Source: Oscillospiraceae bacterium (lineage in GTDB: Bacteria > Bacillota > Clostridia > Oscillospirales > Ruminococcaceae). Taken from it: a DNA stretch of 64,000 bases. The notes beneath the pieces are model-generated. The model saw only the letters and a list, made by a program, of their open reading frames with translations. It was not told the DNA's origin and ran no database searches. The position numbers were made by a program, and so were the translations under genes. The DNA lies in the NCBI GenBank assembly GCA_009777635.1, contig WRLK01000006.1, positions 7,850 through 71,849 on the forward strand. Reading direction: 5' to 3'. This document shows, piece by piece, positions 16,706-27,093 of this stretch (the stretch's first letter is position 1; the number at the start of each line of letters is the position of its first letter).

Positions 16706-18784
16706 ATGTCAAATCTGGTTATTGTCGAGTCGCCGGCTAAGGCGAAAACGATAAAAAAATATCTTGGCGGTGATTTTGAGGTGCTTGCGTCAAACGGGCA
16801 TGTCAGAGATTTGCCGTCAAATAAAATGAACATTGATGTGGAGAATAATTTCGAGCCGTACTACGAAGTCATAAAAGGCAAGGAAACAGTCGTGAAGACG
16901 CTGAAGAAAGAAGCGAAAAAATGCGACAAGGTATACCTTGCAACCGACCCGGACCGGGAGGGTGAAGCGATTTCGTGGCATCTTGCGTATATTTTAGGTC
17001 TCGATTTAGACGATCAAAACCGCGTTACGTTTAACGAAATCACAAAATCGGGCGTGAAAGAGGGCATGAGCGCGCCGCGCAAGATTGACATGAGCCTTGT
17101 GGACGCACAGCAGGCGCGGCGCATCGTAGACAGGATATTAGGCTACAAGCTAAGCCCGTTTTTATGGCGCAAGGTGCGCAAGGGGCTGTCGGCCGGGCGC
17201 GTGCAGTCAGTTGCAACGCGGCTAATCGTTGACCGCGAAAAAGAAATCAGGGCCTTTAAAACAGAAGAATACTGGACGATAGACGCAGAGCTTCTCGCGA
17301 AAAAATCAAAGAAGGCTTTCGCGTCGAAGCTTCATTCATATAAGGGCAAAAAGCTTGAAGTAAAAGACGAAAAGCAGGCGCAGAAAATATTAAAAGAGAT
17401 AAACGGCGCGGATTATACCGTCGCGGAAGTCAAAAAATCCGTGCGCAAAAAATCCCCGTCGCCGCCGTTTACAACGTCAACGATGCAGCAGGAAGCCTCG
17501 AAAAAGCTCGGGTTTCAGGCGCGGCGAACAATGCGGGCCGCTCAGGAATTGTACGAGGGCGTCGACGTCGAGGGCATGGGCGCAGTCGGACTCATCACCT
17601 ATATGCGAACCGACAGCTTAAGGATTTCCGCCGAGGCCATATCGGAGGCCGCGAAATTTATCGAATCGGCGTACGGCAAGGAATATCTTCCGCCTGCGAC
17701 GCGCGTGTTCAAATCGAAAAAATCGGCGCAGGACGCCCATGAAGCGATCCGGCCGTCAACGCCGTCGCTCACGCCTGAAAAGGTAAAGTCCAGCCTCACA
17801 ACAGACCAGTATAAGCTCTACCGCCTGATCTGGGAGCGCTTTATGGCGTGCCAGATGGCAAACGCGCTGCTTGACGCGGTTTCCGTGAAAATAAGCGCGG
17901 GCGACTATATGTTTACGTCGTCGGGCTACACGGTGAAGTTCGATGGCTTCACAAGACTGTATGAGATGGTGCGCGAGGAGGGCGACGAGGATGCCGGCGC
18001 GCTTCCGGCGATGGAAGAGGGCGATGTGCTGACGTTAAAATCCGTCACGCCGAACCAGCATTTCACGCAGCCGCCGCCAAGGTATACCGAGGCGTCGCTC
18101 ATCAAAACGCTGGAGGAAAGCGGCGTCGGGCGGCCGAGCACATACGCGTCGACGATTACGACCATCACCTCGCGCAACTACGTCGAGCGCGACGGCAAAG
18201 CGCTCAAGCCTACGGTGCTGGGAGAAGTCATCACAAAACTGCTGGAGGAGCAGTTCGAGAAGATTGTGGACACCGATTTTACGGCGCAGATGGAGGAGCA
18301 CTTAGACGAGATCGAAGAAGGCAAAACCGAATGGCTGAAGATTCTCGACAATTTTTACAACGGATTTATTGAAACCCTTGCGACCGCTGAAAAAAATATG
18401 GAGGGCACAAGGGTCAAGGTCCCGGATGAGGAGACCGACGTCGTGTGCGACCTTTGCGGAAAACAAATGGTCGTAAAAATCGGGCGGTTCGGGAAGTTTT
18501 TGGCGTGCTCAGGCTTTCCGGAGTGCCGAAATACGAAGAAAATCGTTCAGGAAACAGGTGGCCTTTGTCCTGTTTGCAATAAGAAAATGCTGCTTAAGAA
18601 AAGCAAAAACGGCAAGAGCTTCTACGGCTGCGAGGGATATCCCGACTGCAATTTTTTGACGTGGGATAAACCCATGCCCGACGTCTGCCCGAAGTGCGGC
18701 GCGACGCTGTTCAAGAAAGCCGGTCGCGGCGGAAAGACGCATTGTCTTAAAGAGAACTGCGGATATATCAAAGAGCAGGTATGA
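16706..18784 (+). CDS. topA: DNA topoisomerase I
   Basis: Toprim N-terminus (LVIVESPAKAKTIKKYLG), the active-site region and C-terminal C4 zinc ribbons. The ATG at 16706 lies behind GGAGG. Confidence 0.95.
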   Translation: MSNLVIVESPAKAKTIKKYLGGDFEVLASNGHVRDLPSNKMNIDVENNFEPYYEVIKGKETVVKTLKKEAKKCDKVYLATDPDREGEAISWHLAYILGLDLDDQNRVTFNEITKSGVKEGMSAPRKIDMSLVDAQQARRIVDRILGYKLSPFLWRKVRKGLSAGRVQSVATRLIVDREKEIRAFKTEEYWTIDAELLAKKSKKAFASKLHSYKGKKLEVKDEKQAQKILKEINGADYTVAEVKKSVRKKSPSPPFTTSTMQQEASKKLGFQARRTMRAAQELYEGVDVEGMGAVGLITYMRTDSLRISAEAISEAAKFIESAYGKEYLPPATRVFKSKKSAQDAHEAIRPSTPSLTPEKVKSSLTTDQYKLYRLIWERFMACQMANALLDAVSVKISAGDYMFTSSGYTVKFDGFTRLYEMVREEGDEDAGALPAMEEGDVLTLKSVTPNQHFTQPPPRYTEASLIKTLEESGVGRPSTYASTITTITSRNYVERDGKALKPTVLGEVITKLLEEQFEKIVDTDFTAQMEEHLDEIEEGKTEWLKILDNFYNGFIETLATAEKNMEGTRVKVPDEETDVVCDLCGKQMVVKIGRFGKFLACSGFPECRNTKKIVQETGGLCPVCNKKMLLKKSKNGKSFYGCEGYPDCNFLTWDKPMPDVCPKCGATLFKKAGRGGKTHCLKENCGYIKEQV

Positions 18785-20082
18785 GAGTAAGCGTAATAGG
18801 TGCGGGATTAGCGGGACTTGAAGCCGCGTGGGCGCTTCTAAACGAGGGCGCCCAAGTTGATTTATACGATATGAAGCCGCAAAAATTCTCACCTGCGCAC
18901 CACAGTGAAAACTTTGCGGAGCTGGTATGCTCAAACTCGCTTAAGGCCGACAGGATATCTACGGCGGCGGGACTTCTAAAAGCCGAAATGCGCCTGCTTG
19001 ATTCGATGTTACTTGAAATAGCGGAGTATTGCAAAGTTCCGGCGGGCGGAGCACTGGCGGTTGACCGCGGAGAATTCTCCAAGCTTGCGACGGAGAAGAT
19101 TAGTGTGCATCCGCGCATAAAAATCCATCGCGGAGAAGTCACGGAGCTGCCGGACGGCAGCGTCATAATTGCAACGGGGCCGCTAACATCCGATGATTTT
19201 GCGAAATGTATCACGTCTGTTACAGGCGGAGAAGCCTTGAGCTTTTTTGATGCGGCGGCGCCAATCGTCACGCTTGATTCCATAGATAAAAGCAAGGTCT
19301 TTTTCGCGTCAAGGTATGGCCGGGGCGGTGACGATTATATCAATTGCCCGTTTACAAAAGAGGAATACGAGCGGTTTTACGCAGAGCTTATCGCGGCTGA
19401 AAGCGTGATGCTAAAGGATTTCGAGCAGAATCCCGCCGTTTATGAGGGCTGCATGCCTGTGGAAATTCTTGCGAAACGCGGCGTCGATACGCTTAGGTTC
19501 GGATCGTTAAAGCCGGTGGGACTTAAAGACCCGAGCACCGGAAAACGCCCATGGGCTGTGGTCCAGCTAAGGCGCGAGAACGCAACCGGGACGCTTTTTA
19601 ACCTTGTGGGATTCCAGACAAACCTGAAATTCTCCGAGCAAAAGCGCGTGTTTTCGATGATCCCGGGGCTTGAGAACGCTGAGTTCTCCCGTTACGGCGT
19701 GATGCACCGAAACACATTCATTGATTCTCCGAGGCTTCTCGACCGCGATTTTGTTTTGAGAAGCAATCAGCGAATCGTATTTGCCGGGCAAATTACCGGC
19801 GTTGAGGGGTACATGGAGTCTGCGGCAAGCGGGATAATCGCGGCAAAACAGCTTGCAAGGCGGCTTAAAGGCGAGCCAAGGCTCAATTTGCCGAAGGAGA
19901 CGATGCTAAACGCGCTTTGCGCTTATATCAGCGATGAAAGCGTCGAGGATTTCCAGCCGATGGGCGCGAATATGGGGCTTTTACCGCCGCTGGACGTGAG
20001 GATTAAGGACAAGCGGCAAAGGTACGAGATGATGGCCGAAAGGGCGCTCACAGCATTGCAAAACAGCCTAAGGGAGGCGTAA
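18781..20082 (+). CDS. trmFO: methylenetetrahydrofolate--tRNA-(uracil-5-)-methyltransferase TrmFO
   Basis: FAD-binding VIGAGLAGLEAAWAL motif, 433 aa, and the conserved dprA-topA-trmFO synteny. Confidence 0.9.
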   Translation: MRVSVIGAGLAGLEAAWALLNEGAQVDLYDMKPQKFSPAHHSENFAELVCSNSLKADRISTAAGLLKAEMRLLDSMLLEIAEYCKVPAGGALAVDRGEFSKLATEKISVHPRIKIHRGEVTELPDGSVIIATGPLTSDDFAKCITSVTGGEALSFFDAAAPIVTLDSIDKSKVFFASRYGRGGDDYINCPFTKEEYERFYAELIAAESVMLKDFEQNPAVYEGCMPVEILAKRGVDTLRFGSLKPVGLKDPSTGKRPWAVVQLRRENATGTLFNLVGFQTNLKFSEQKRVFSMIPGLENAEFSRYGVMHRNTFIDSPRLLDRDFVLRSNQRIVFAGQITGVEGYMESAASGIIAAKQLARRLKGEPRLNLPKETMLNALCAYISDESVEDFQPMGANMGLLPPLDVRIKDKRQRYEMMAERALTALQNSLREA

Positions 20083-20110
20083 AAGTTTGAATAAATCAAA
20101 CTTTTTATTA
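20082..20110 (+). terminator. intrinsic terminator after trmFO
   Basis: AAAGTTTGA-ATAAA-TCAAACTTT followed by TTATT. Confidence 0.5.
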
Positions 20111-20218
20111 AGGCGCGAGCGTCTCCCGCTTACGCGAAACCGCTGCTCATGCGCAATATGACCATTATTTTTACGGTTATTTTGTGTCTTGAGAGAAGCG
20201 AAAGGAATGGTCATAAAT

Positions 20219-21223
20219 ATGAGAATCATAGTGGATGCTTTTGGCGGGGACAACGCGCCGGTTGAGATTCTAAAGGGAACTGCCGACGCGGTTTCAGAAT
20301 ACGGAATAACCGCGCTGGTATGCGGTGATGAAGCGAGAATCAGGGCGGTCTTATCCGGGAACGGCATATCACAGGCCGGGATGGACTTCCTGAACGCGCC
20401 CGACGTAATGCCTGTCGAAGCGGAGCCGACCGAGATACTCAAGTCATACAAAAACAGCTCCATCGCGGCGGGCATGAAAGCGCTCGCCGGCGGTTTGGGC
20501 GACGCGTTTGTCACGGCTGGGAGTACGGGCGCCGCTGTAGTGGGTGCTTCTCTGATCGTCAAGCGCATCAAAGGCGTCAAGCGTCCGGCTCTCGGGCCGA
20601 TTCTCCCGAATTCGGCGGGCAATTACATGCTCATAGATATCGGCGCAAACGCGGAATGCAGGCCCGAAATGCTTCTGCAATTCGGCGTCATGGGCTCCGC
20701 GTACATGAAACATATCATGGGGGTCGAAAATCCGCGCGTAGGGCTTGTGAACATCGGCGCGGAGGAGACAAAAGGGCTTGAATTACAGATTCAGGCGTAC
20801 CATCTGATGAAAAACAATCCTGCTATCAACTTTGTAGGCAACGTGGAGGGGCGCGATCTGCCACTTGGCGCGTGCGACGTCGCGGTTACCGACGGGTTTA
20901 CGGGAAATATCATCTTAAAACATACCGAGGGCATGGGGAAATTTTTGTCCGGAGAACTGAAGAGCATGTTTCTAGCCGGCTTCTCAAGTAAAATCGGCGC
21001 GCTGCTTCTCAAAAAAAGCATCGCCGCGTTCCGCAAGAAAATGGATTACACCGAGTATGGAGGCACGCCGCTGATGGGTATTTCAAAGCCGGTTATAAAG
21101 GCGCATGGAAGCTCCAACGCGAAAGCATTCAAAAATGCGATAAGACAGGCAAAAAACATATGCGAGAACGATGTAAACGATAAGATAGCACAGGCGCTTT
21201 TTATAGCAAAGGAGAACGCGTAA
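20219..21223 (+). CDS. plsX: phosphate acyltransferase PlsX
   Basis: MRIIVDAFGGDNAP N-terminus, typical of PlsX, and about 334 aa. Confidence 0.9.
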   Translation: MRIIVDAFGGDNAPVEILKGTADAVSEYGITALVCGDEARIRAVLSGNGISQAGMDFLNAPDVMPVEAEPTEILKSYKNSSIAAGMKALAGGLGDAFVTAGSTGAAVVGASLIVKRIKGVKRPALGPILPNSAGNYMLIDIGANAECRPEMLLQFGVMGSAYMKHIMGVENPRVGLVNIGAEETKGLELQIQAYHLMKNNPAINFVGNVEGRDLPLGACDVAVTDGFTGNIILKHTEGMGKFLSGELKSMFLAGFSSKIGALLLKKSIAAFRKKMDYTEYGGTPLMGISKPVIKAHGSSNAKAFKNAIRQAKNICENDVNDKIAQALFIAKENA

Positions 21224-21910
21224 ATGCCAAAGTCAACCTTAAGCGAGCTTGAAAAAAAGACAGGCCGAAAATTTGAGAATATTGAGTATTTGCGCACTGC
21301 CGTCACGCATTCGTCTTACGCGAACGAATGCGGGCGCGAAACGCCTTACAACGAGCGTCAGGAGTTTTTGGGAGATTCGGTTTTGTCGGTCATTGTCTCC
21401 GATTATCTGTACCGCAGCACGCATCTTTCAGAAGGAGATTTGACGAAGCTAAGGGCAATATTGGTGTGCGAAAAATCGCTTTGCGCCTTTGCGCGTTCGA
21501 TATCGCTGGGGTCTTATATGCTGCTTGGGCGCGGAGAGGAGAACACCGGCGGAACGGACAGGCCCTCGATTTTGGCCGACGCCTTTGAGGCGGTGATTGC
21601 AGCCGTATACCTTGACGGCGGGATTGAGGCCGCACGCAGCTTTGTGATACCTTTTATCGAGACGGCGCTTGAAACGGAACGAAAAAAAAGCCTTGACGAT
21701 TACAAGACTTTATTGCAGGAAATTGTGCAGAAAAACCCGCAGGAAACCTTGCAATATGTGCTTGTCGACGAGTCCGGGCCCGCGCACGACAGGCGGTTCG
21801 AAGTGGAAGTCCTATTAAACAGCAACGTCGTCGGGCATGGCGTGGGAAAAAGCAAAAAAGCCGCGGAACAGCTTGCCGCAAAAGAGGCGCTGAAATTGAT
21901 GGGACAATGA
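21224..21910 (+). CDS. rnc: ribonuclease III
   Basis: RNase III signature ERQEFLGDSVL and a C-terminal dsRBD (GKSKKAAEQLAAKEAL). Confidence 0.9.
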   Translation: MPKSTLSELEKKTGRKFENIEYLRTAVTHSSYANECGRETPYNERQEFLGDSVLSVIVSDYLYRSTHLSEGDLTKLRAILVCEKSLCAFARSISLGSYMLLGRGEENTGGTDRPSILADAFEAVIAAVYLDGGIEAARSFVIPFIETALETERKKSLDDYKTLLQEIVQKNPQETLQYVLVDESGPAHDRRFEVEVLLNSNVVGHGVGKSKKAAEQLAAKEALKLMGQ

Positions 21911-22899
21911 AAAAACACGCTAATGTCGCGATTTTTATACCGCATGAGGGCTGCCCCGGACAGTGCAGTTTCTGCAACCAGCACACGGTTTTTAAAGGCG
22001 CCCCGCCATCGCCGCTTACTACCGCGAAAATTGCGGAAGATGCAATTACAATGCTAAAAACACCGGCACAGATTGCATTTTTTGGCGGAAGCTTTACAAG
22101 ATTGAATCGTGTGTATATGGAGGAATTGTTACAATCAGTACAGACATATCTGGATAATGGAAGCTATTCCGGTATCAGAATTTCTACAAGACCCGATGCA
22201 ATTGATGAAGATATACTAAAAGTTTTAAAAAAATATCGTGTCACCGACATTGAAATTGGCGCGCAAAGCATGGACGACGCCGTTCTTGAGGCTAATTTGC
22301 GCGGGCATACGGCGGATGAAACTGCATATGCCGCGCATTTGATAAAAAAACATGGATTTCACCTGGGGATTCAAATGATGACGGGGCTTTACAAGGACAA
22401 TGATACAAAAACAATAGATACTGCAAATACACTTATTACACTAAACCCGGATTACACACGTATATTTCCCGCGATTGTTGTAAAGGGAACAAAGCTTCAG
22501 GAGTGGTACGAAAACGGGATATATAAGCCGCAAACGCTTGACGAAGCCGTAGATTTGTGCGCATGTTTACTGGAGCTTTTTACAGACGCTAAAATTCCTG
22601 TTATCAAATTGGGGCTGCACGACGCCCCGGATTTTAAAAGCAACATTGTGGCGGGTCCGTATCATTCCGCTTTCAGGGAGTTGTGCGAGAGCCGCGTGCT
22701 GCTAAAAAAAGCAGTGTCGGATATCAAGGAGAAAAATATTCCAAAAGGCAAGATTTTGCTTAATATAAATAATCAGGCTGCATCTAAAATGATAGGGCAA
22801 AAACGTGAAAACATCAGTAAATTGAGCGGTATGGGGTATGACGCAAATGTTGTTTTAGATGATAAATACGGGTATTTACAGGTTGAAGTTTCATGTTAA
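21907..22899 (+). CDS. radical SAM protein (Elp3/MiaB-like fold, function unknown)
   Basis: CPGQCSFC (CxxxCxxC) cluster motif near the N-terminus. ATGA overlap with rnc. Confidence 0.7.
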   Translation: MKKHANVAIFIPHEGCPGQCSFCNQHTVFKGAPPSPLTTAKIAEDAITMLKTPAQIAFFGGSFTRLNRVYMEELLQSVQTYLDNGSYSGIRISTRPDAIDEDILKVLKKYRVTDIEIGAQSMDDAVLEANLRGHTADETAYAAHLIKKHGFHLGIQMMTGLYKDNDTKTIDTANTLITLNPDYTRIFPAIVVKGTKLQEWYENGIYKPQTLDEAVDLCACLLELFTDAKIPVIKLGLHDAPDFKSNIVAGPYHSAFRELCESRVLLKKAVSDIKEKNIPKGKILLNINNQAASKMIGQKRENISKLSGMGYDANVVLDDKYGYLQVEVSC

Positions 22900-22911
22900 G
22901 GAAGTGAACGA

Positions 22912-25900
22912 ATGCGCCTTAAATCGCTTGAAATACAAGGCTTTAAGTCGTTTCCCGATAAAACGCGGCTTGCGTTCGACAGCGGCATTACCGCGGTTGT
23001 CGGGCCGAACGGCAGCGGGAAAAGCAATATCGCCGACGCAGTCCGGTGGGTTTTAGGCGAGCAGTCTACGAAAACGCTTCGAAGCAACAAGATGGAAGAC
23101 GTCATTTTCGGCGGCACGCAAACCCGCAAACCGATGGGATACGTGCATGTCGCCATCACGCTTGACAACACGGGGCGAGTGCTTCCCGTTGAGGATGACG
23201 ACGTCACTGTCAGCCGCAGGCTGTACCGCTCCGGCGATAGTGAATACCGCTTAAACGGCTCAATGGTGCGTCTTAAGGACATCCACGAGATGCTGATGGA
23301 TACGGGGCTTGGCCGTGACGGGTACTCCATCATCGGCCAAGGCAGGATTTCTGAAATCGTAGCGGCAAAACCGGTGGGGCGCCGTGAAATTTTTGAGGAA
23401 GCGGCTGGAATCTCCAAGTACCGATACCGCAAGGAAGACGCCGAGAAAAAGCTTTTACAATCAGAAGAAAACCTGCTCCGGCTGCGTGATATCCTGTCGG
23501 AGCTCGAGGAGCGCGTGGGGCCGCTTCGCGAGCAATCCGAAAAGGCGCGGGAGTTTCTAAAACTGAGCGAGGAGAAAAAAAGCCTTGAAATCTCGCTTTG
23601 GATGACTATGATCAGCAAATTAAAGGTACAAATCTCGGAACAGCAGGACAAAGTTTTCCTTTCTAAAAACGATTATGAGCGGCTTGAGGACGAAGCGCAG
23701 GCGGTTGAAGCGCAAATTAACGACGCGTTTGACCGCTCCAACCAGCTTTTGTCGCAGGCCGAATCGTTGCGCGCGACGGTAAAAGAGCTTGAAACCGAGC
23801 TTGCCCAAGGCGAGTCGGAGATTTTGGTGTTGCAAAACGACATCAGCCACAACGAAATATCCGTTGAGCGCATAGACCAGGAGCTTTTAACAGCGGATTC
23901 AAGCTCCGGGGATTTGGCCGAGCGGATCGAGAAAAAGCGCGAGACAATAATGCAAAGCGAAAAAGAGCTTGGATATTTGGAGTCGAAGATTGCTTCAAGC
24001 GAGGAAAAAATCTCAGAGCAGCGCATGCTTGCCGCAAAGATATCGAATGAGATAGAATCGCTTACAGTGCGGCAAAATTCGGTTCAAGACGCAATCAACA
24101 AGGCCGAGCTTGAAAAAGCGGCGGGCGCCGGAGTGATAGAGGAGAGCATCAAGCGGCTGGAGCAGCTTGCCGAAAGCAGCGGCGCGTATGACGTCACGGT
24201 AGATGAAGCCGGGCAAAATATCGGCGAGTGCGAAAAGCAAATTACGGAGCAGGATGAAAAAATAAAATCGATACAAAATTCAGCGCAAGGATACGGGTTA
24301 AAACGGAAAAGCCGCGCCGCCAAGCTCGACGAACTAAACCAGAAGATCAAGGGCCTAAACGAAAAGGCGAACCAGAAAAAACAGCGCGCAAAGCTGCTCG
24401 AGGAAATGGAAGCCGCGATGGAGGGCTTTGGCGGGAGCGTCAAATACATACTCCGGGAGTCGAAAAAGGGATCGTTAAACGGAGTGATTGGCGCGGTTTC
24501 ATCGCTGATTGACACGCCGGACGAGTACGCTTTGGCGATTGAAACAGCGCTTGGAGCGGCGATGCAAAATATCGTGGTCGCCGACGAAGAAACGGCAAAA
24601 CGCGCGATAAGAATGCTGCAAAACGCGAAAGAGGGCCGCGCGACGTTCCTTCCGCTGACTACTGTAAAAGGCGGCGGGGGGCTTAATACAGGCGATCTTA
24701 AAAAGCATGAAGGCTTTATTGGCGTGGCGTCAGAGCTGGTTCATGCCGACAACCGCTTCAAAGGGGTCATCAACCAGCTTTTAGGACGCATCGCGGTGGT
24801 GGGTACGCTGGACGAGGCGGTGGCTGTTGCGAGATCCGCCGGGTATAAATTCAGGATCGTCACGCTTGACGGGCAGGTCAGTAACGCGGGCGGCTCATTT
24901 ACGGGAGGCTCCTCCGGTAAAAGCTCCGGTGTGTTGGGCCGACGGCATGAGATAGAAAAACTGCGCGGGGAAGCCAATAAGTTCCTTCAAGACGCGGAAA
25001 AGCTTATGCCGGAATGCAAAGCGTCCGCCGAGGAGCTTGCGAAGCTTGACGCGTATATCCAAGGCGCGCAGGCGGAGGAGCAGACCGCGCGGGAGGAGAA
25101 GCTAAGGCTTGAGTTTTCGCTTGAAACTTTGAAGAAAAATTTTGAACAGGCGAAAACAAACCGCGATCTTGCGGCAAAAGAACTGGCACAGCTAACAGAC
25201 CGGTTGGAAAAGCTTCGGGGCAGCAACGCGGATTCCGAAAGAGTTATGAGTGAGCTTGCTGTACAATTGGCTGAAATAAAAGAAAAGATAGAAGATACAA
25301 CTAAACGCGGTGATTCTATCGCAATCGGAATTGATACGGCGGCGGCAGAGCTTGCGGAACTAAAAATGGCGCTGATATCCGGTCAAAAAGACAATGAGCA
25401 GCTTTTGCAGGATTCAATCCATATACAAGAGCTTATTGATTCCGCCGAAACGCGCTTGGAACAGCTAAAAGCCGAGCGCGACGGATACCTGTCGTCAAAC
25501 GGGGAAATACGGAAAAAAATTGAGGATATATCAAGTCAAAAGGAAAGTTTAACAGGGGAGATAGAGGAGAATAACGCAAGGATCAAAAAATTAATGCAAT
25601 CAAGAACAGAGCTTGAGGGCGCGATGACAGGATTAAGGGGACAGGAAAAAGAGCTTGCGTCAAGGCGCGAGGACGTCTCAAGGGAGCTTGTGAGGCTTGA
25701 GGAGCGCAAAAGCTCTCTTCAAAGCGATTATGACAATATACTTGCAAAGCTTTGGGATGAATACGAGCTTACCCGCAGCAAGGCGGCGGAGCTTGTCGTG
25801 CCACTTGAAAGCGCCGACAAGGCGAACCGGCGGCTGGGTATGATCCGCGGAAAAATCAAATCGCTGGGGACGGTAAACGTCGAAGCGGTCGAAGAATATG

Positions 25901-26487
25901 AAAAGGTAAGCAAACGGTACGAATTTTTGACCGCGCAGGTAGCCGACGTCGAACAGGCAAAGGCGCAGCTTGTCAAGCTTATCGGGGAGCTCACGCAGGA
26001 AATGCGCGACATCTTCCTTACAAATTTCACGAAAATCGCCGCAAATTTCTCCACGATATTCGTGCAGTTGTTTGGCGGCGGAAAAGCCGAGCTGACGCTG
26101 ACGCAGGAGGACGATGTTCTTGATTCGGGCGTGGAAATATTTGTGCAGCCTCCGGGAAAAATCATAAAAAACCTGTCGCTTTTATCAGGAGGCGAGCAAA
26201 GCTTTGTCGCAATCGCGATTTATTTCGCGATTTTAAAGGTACGTCCCGCGCCGTTTTGTATCCTCGACGAAATCGAGGCGGCCCTTGACGACATCAACGT
26301 CGTGCGGTACGCGACATACTTGAGGCAAATGAGCAGGAAAACGCAGTTTATTTCGATCACACACCGGCGCGGTACCATGGAGGAGGCAGACGTGCTTTAC
26401 GGCGTAACAATGCAGGATGAGGGCGTTTCAAAGCTGCTGGAGCTAAACATCGGCGAAGTTGATGAAAAACTGGGAATCAAAGATTAG
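22912..26487 (+). CDS. smc: chromosome segregation protein SMC
   Basis: 1191 aa. Walker A GPNGSGKSN, long coiled coils, a hinge, the LSGGE signature and Walker B ILDEIEAALD. Confidence 0.95.
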   Translation: MRLKSLEIQGFKSFPDKTRLAFDSGITAVVGPNGSGKSNIADAVRWVLGEQSTKTLRSNKMEDVIFGGTQTRKPMGYVHVAITLDNTGRVLPVEDDDVTVSRRLYRSGDSEYRLNGSMVRLKDIHEMLMDTGLGRDGYSIIGQGRISEIVAAKPVGRREIFEEAAGISKYRYRKEDAEKKLLQSEENLLRLRDILSELEERVGPLREQSEKAREFLKLSEEKKSLEISLWMTMISKLKVQISEQQDKVFLSKNDYERLEDEAQAVEAQINDAFDRSNQLLSQAESLRATVKELETELAQGESEILVLQNDISHNEISVERIDQELLTADSSSGDLAERIEKKRETIMQSEKELGYLESKIASSEEKISEQRMLAAKISNEIESLTVRQNSVQDAINKAELEKAAGAGVIEESIKRLEQLAESSGAYDVTVDEAGQNIGECEKQITEQDEKIKSIQNSAQGYGLKRKSRAAKLDELNQKIKGLNEKANQKKQRAKLLEEMEAAMEGFGGSVKYILRESKKGSLNGVIGAVSSLIDTPDEYALAIETALGAAMQNIVVADEETAKRAIRMLQNAKEGRATFLPLTTVKGGGGLNTGDLKKHEGFIGVASELVHADNRFKGVINQLLGRIAVVGTLDEAVAVARSAGYKFRIVTLDGQVSNAGGSFTGGSSGKSSGVLGRRHEIEKLRGEANKFLQDAEKLMPECKASAEELAKLDAYIQGAQAEEQTAREEKLRLEFSLETLKKNFEQAKTNRDLAAKELAQLTDRLEKLRGSNADSERVMSELAVQLAEIKEKIEDTTKRGDSIAIGIDTAAAELAELKMALISGQKDNEQLLQDSIHIQELIDSAETRLEQLKAERDGYLSSNGEIRKKIEDISSQKESLTGEIEENNARIKKLMQSRTELEGAMTGLRGQEKELASRREDVSRELVRLEERKSSLQSDYDNILAKLWDEYELTRSKAAELVVPLESADKANRRLGMIRGKIKSLGTVNVEAVEEYEKVSKRYEFLTAQVADVEQAKAQLVKLIGELTQEMRDIFLTNFTKIAANFSTIFVQLFGGGKAELTLTQEDDVLDSGVEIFVQPPGKIIKNLSLLSGGEQSFVAIAIYFAILKVRPAPFCILDEIEAALDDINVVRYATYLRQMSRKTQFISITHRRGTMEEADVLYGVTMQDEGVSKLLELNIGEVDEKLGIKD

Positions 26488-26495
26488 GTTGTGTG

Positions 26496-27059
26496 ATGAT
26501 GAAAAAAGAGCCTTTTGTCTGCTCATGGAGGGCGGGTCCCGTATTAACGGCGGCGCCCCGCAAATTGCTTCACAATCCCGGCCGCATTTTAGCGCCTCAT
26601 ATATCCAAAGGCATGACCGTTATGGATATAGGCTGCGGGATGGGATTCTTTACAATTCCAATGTCAGGCATTGCCGGTGAAAACGGAAAAATAATCGCTG
26701 TGGATTTGCAGCAGCAAATGTTGGACGGCTTACTAATAAATGCGGCTAAAACGGGCATGAAAAATATAACGGCGCATAGGTGCGCCCCCGATTCCTTGGG
26801 AGTGAAAAGCTGGAACGGCTCTGTTGACTTCGCGCTCGTTTTCTGGATGCTGCATGAAGTGCCGGATCAGGAGCGGCTAATCCGGGAGCTTTACGATACG
26901 CTGTCAAAAAACGGAAAACTGCTGTTTGCGGAACCGTATGTGCATGTGAGCGGCAGGGCGTTTCAAAACAGCCTGAATATGATAATAAAATGCGGATTCA
27001 CTGCCGCTTACGCACCGAAAATCGCGATGAGCAGAGCGGCACTGCTGTGCAAGTTATAA
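26496..27059 (+). CDS. class I SAM-dependent methyltransferase
   Basis: Motif I VMDIGCGMGFFT and a post-I acidic residue (AVDLQ). Confidence 0.7.
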   Translation: MMKKEPFVCSWRAGPVLTAAPRKLLHNPGRILAPHISKGMTVMDIGCGMGFFTIPMSGIAGENGKIIAVDLQQQMLDGLLINAAKTGMKNITAHRCAPDSLGVKSWNGSVDFALVFWMLHEVPDQERLIRELYDTLSKNGKLLFAEPYVHVSGRAFQNSLNMIIKCGFTAAYAPKIAMSRAALLCKL

Positions 27060-27093
27060 TGAGAAATGTTACCATTAATAAAAGGGGATTATC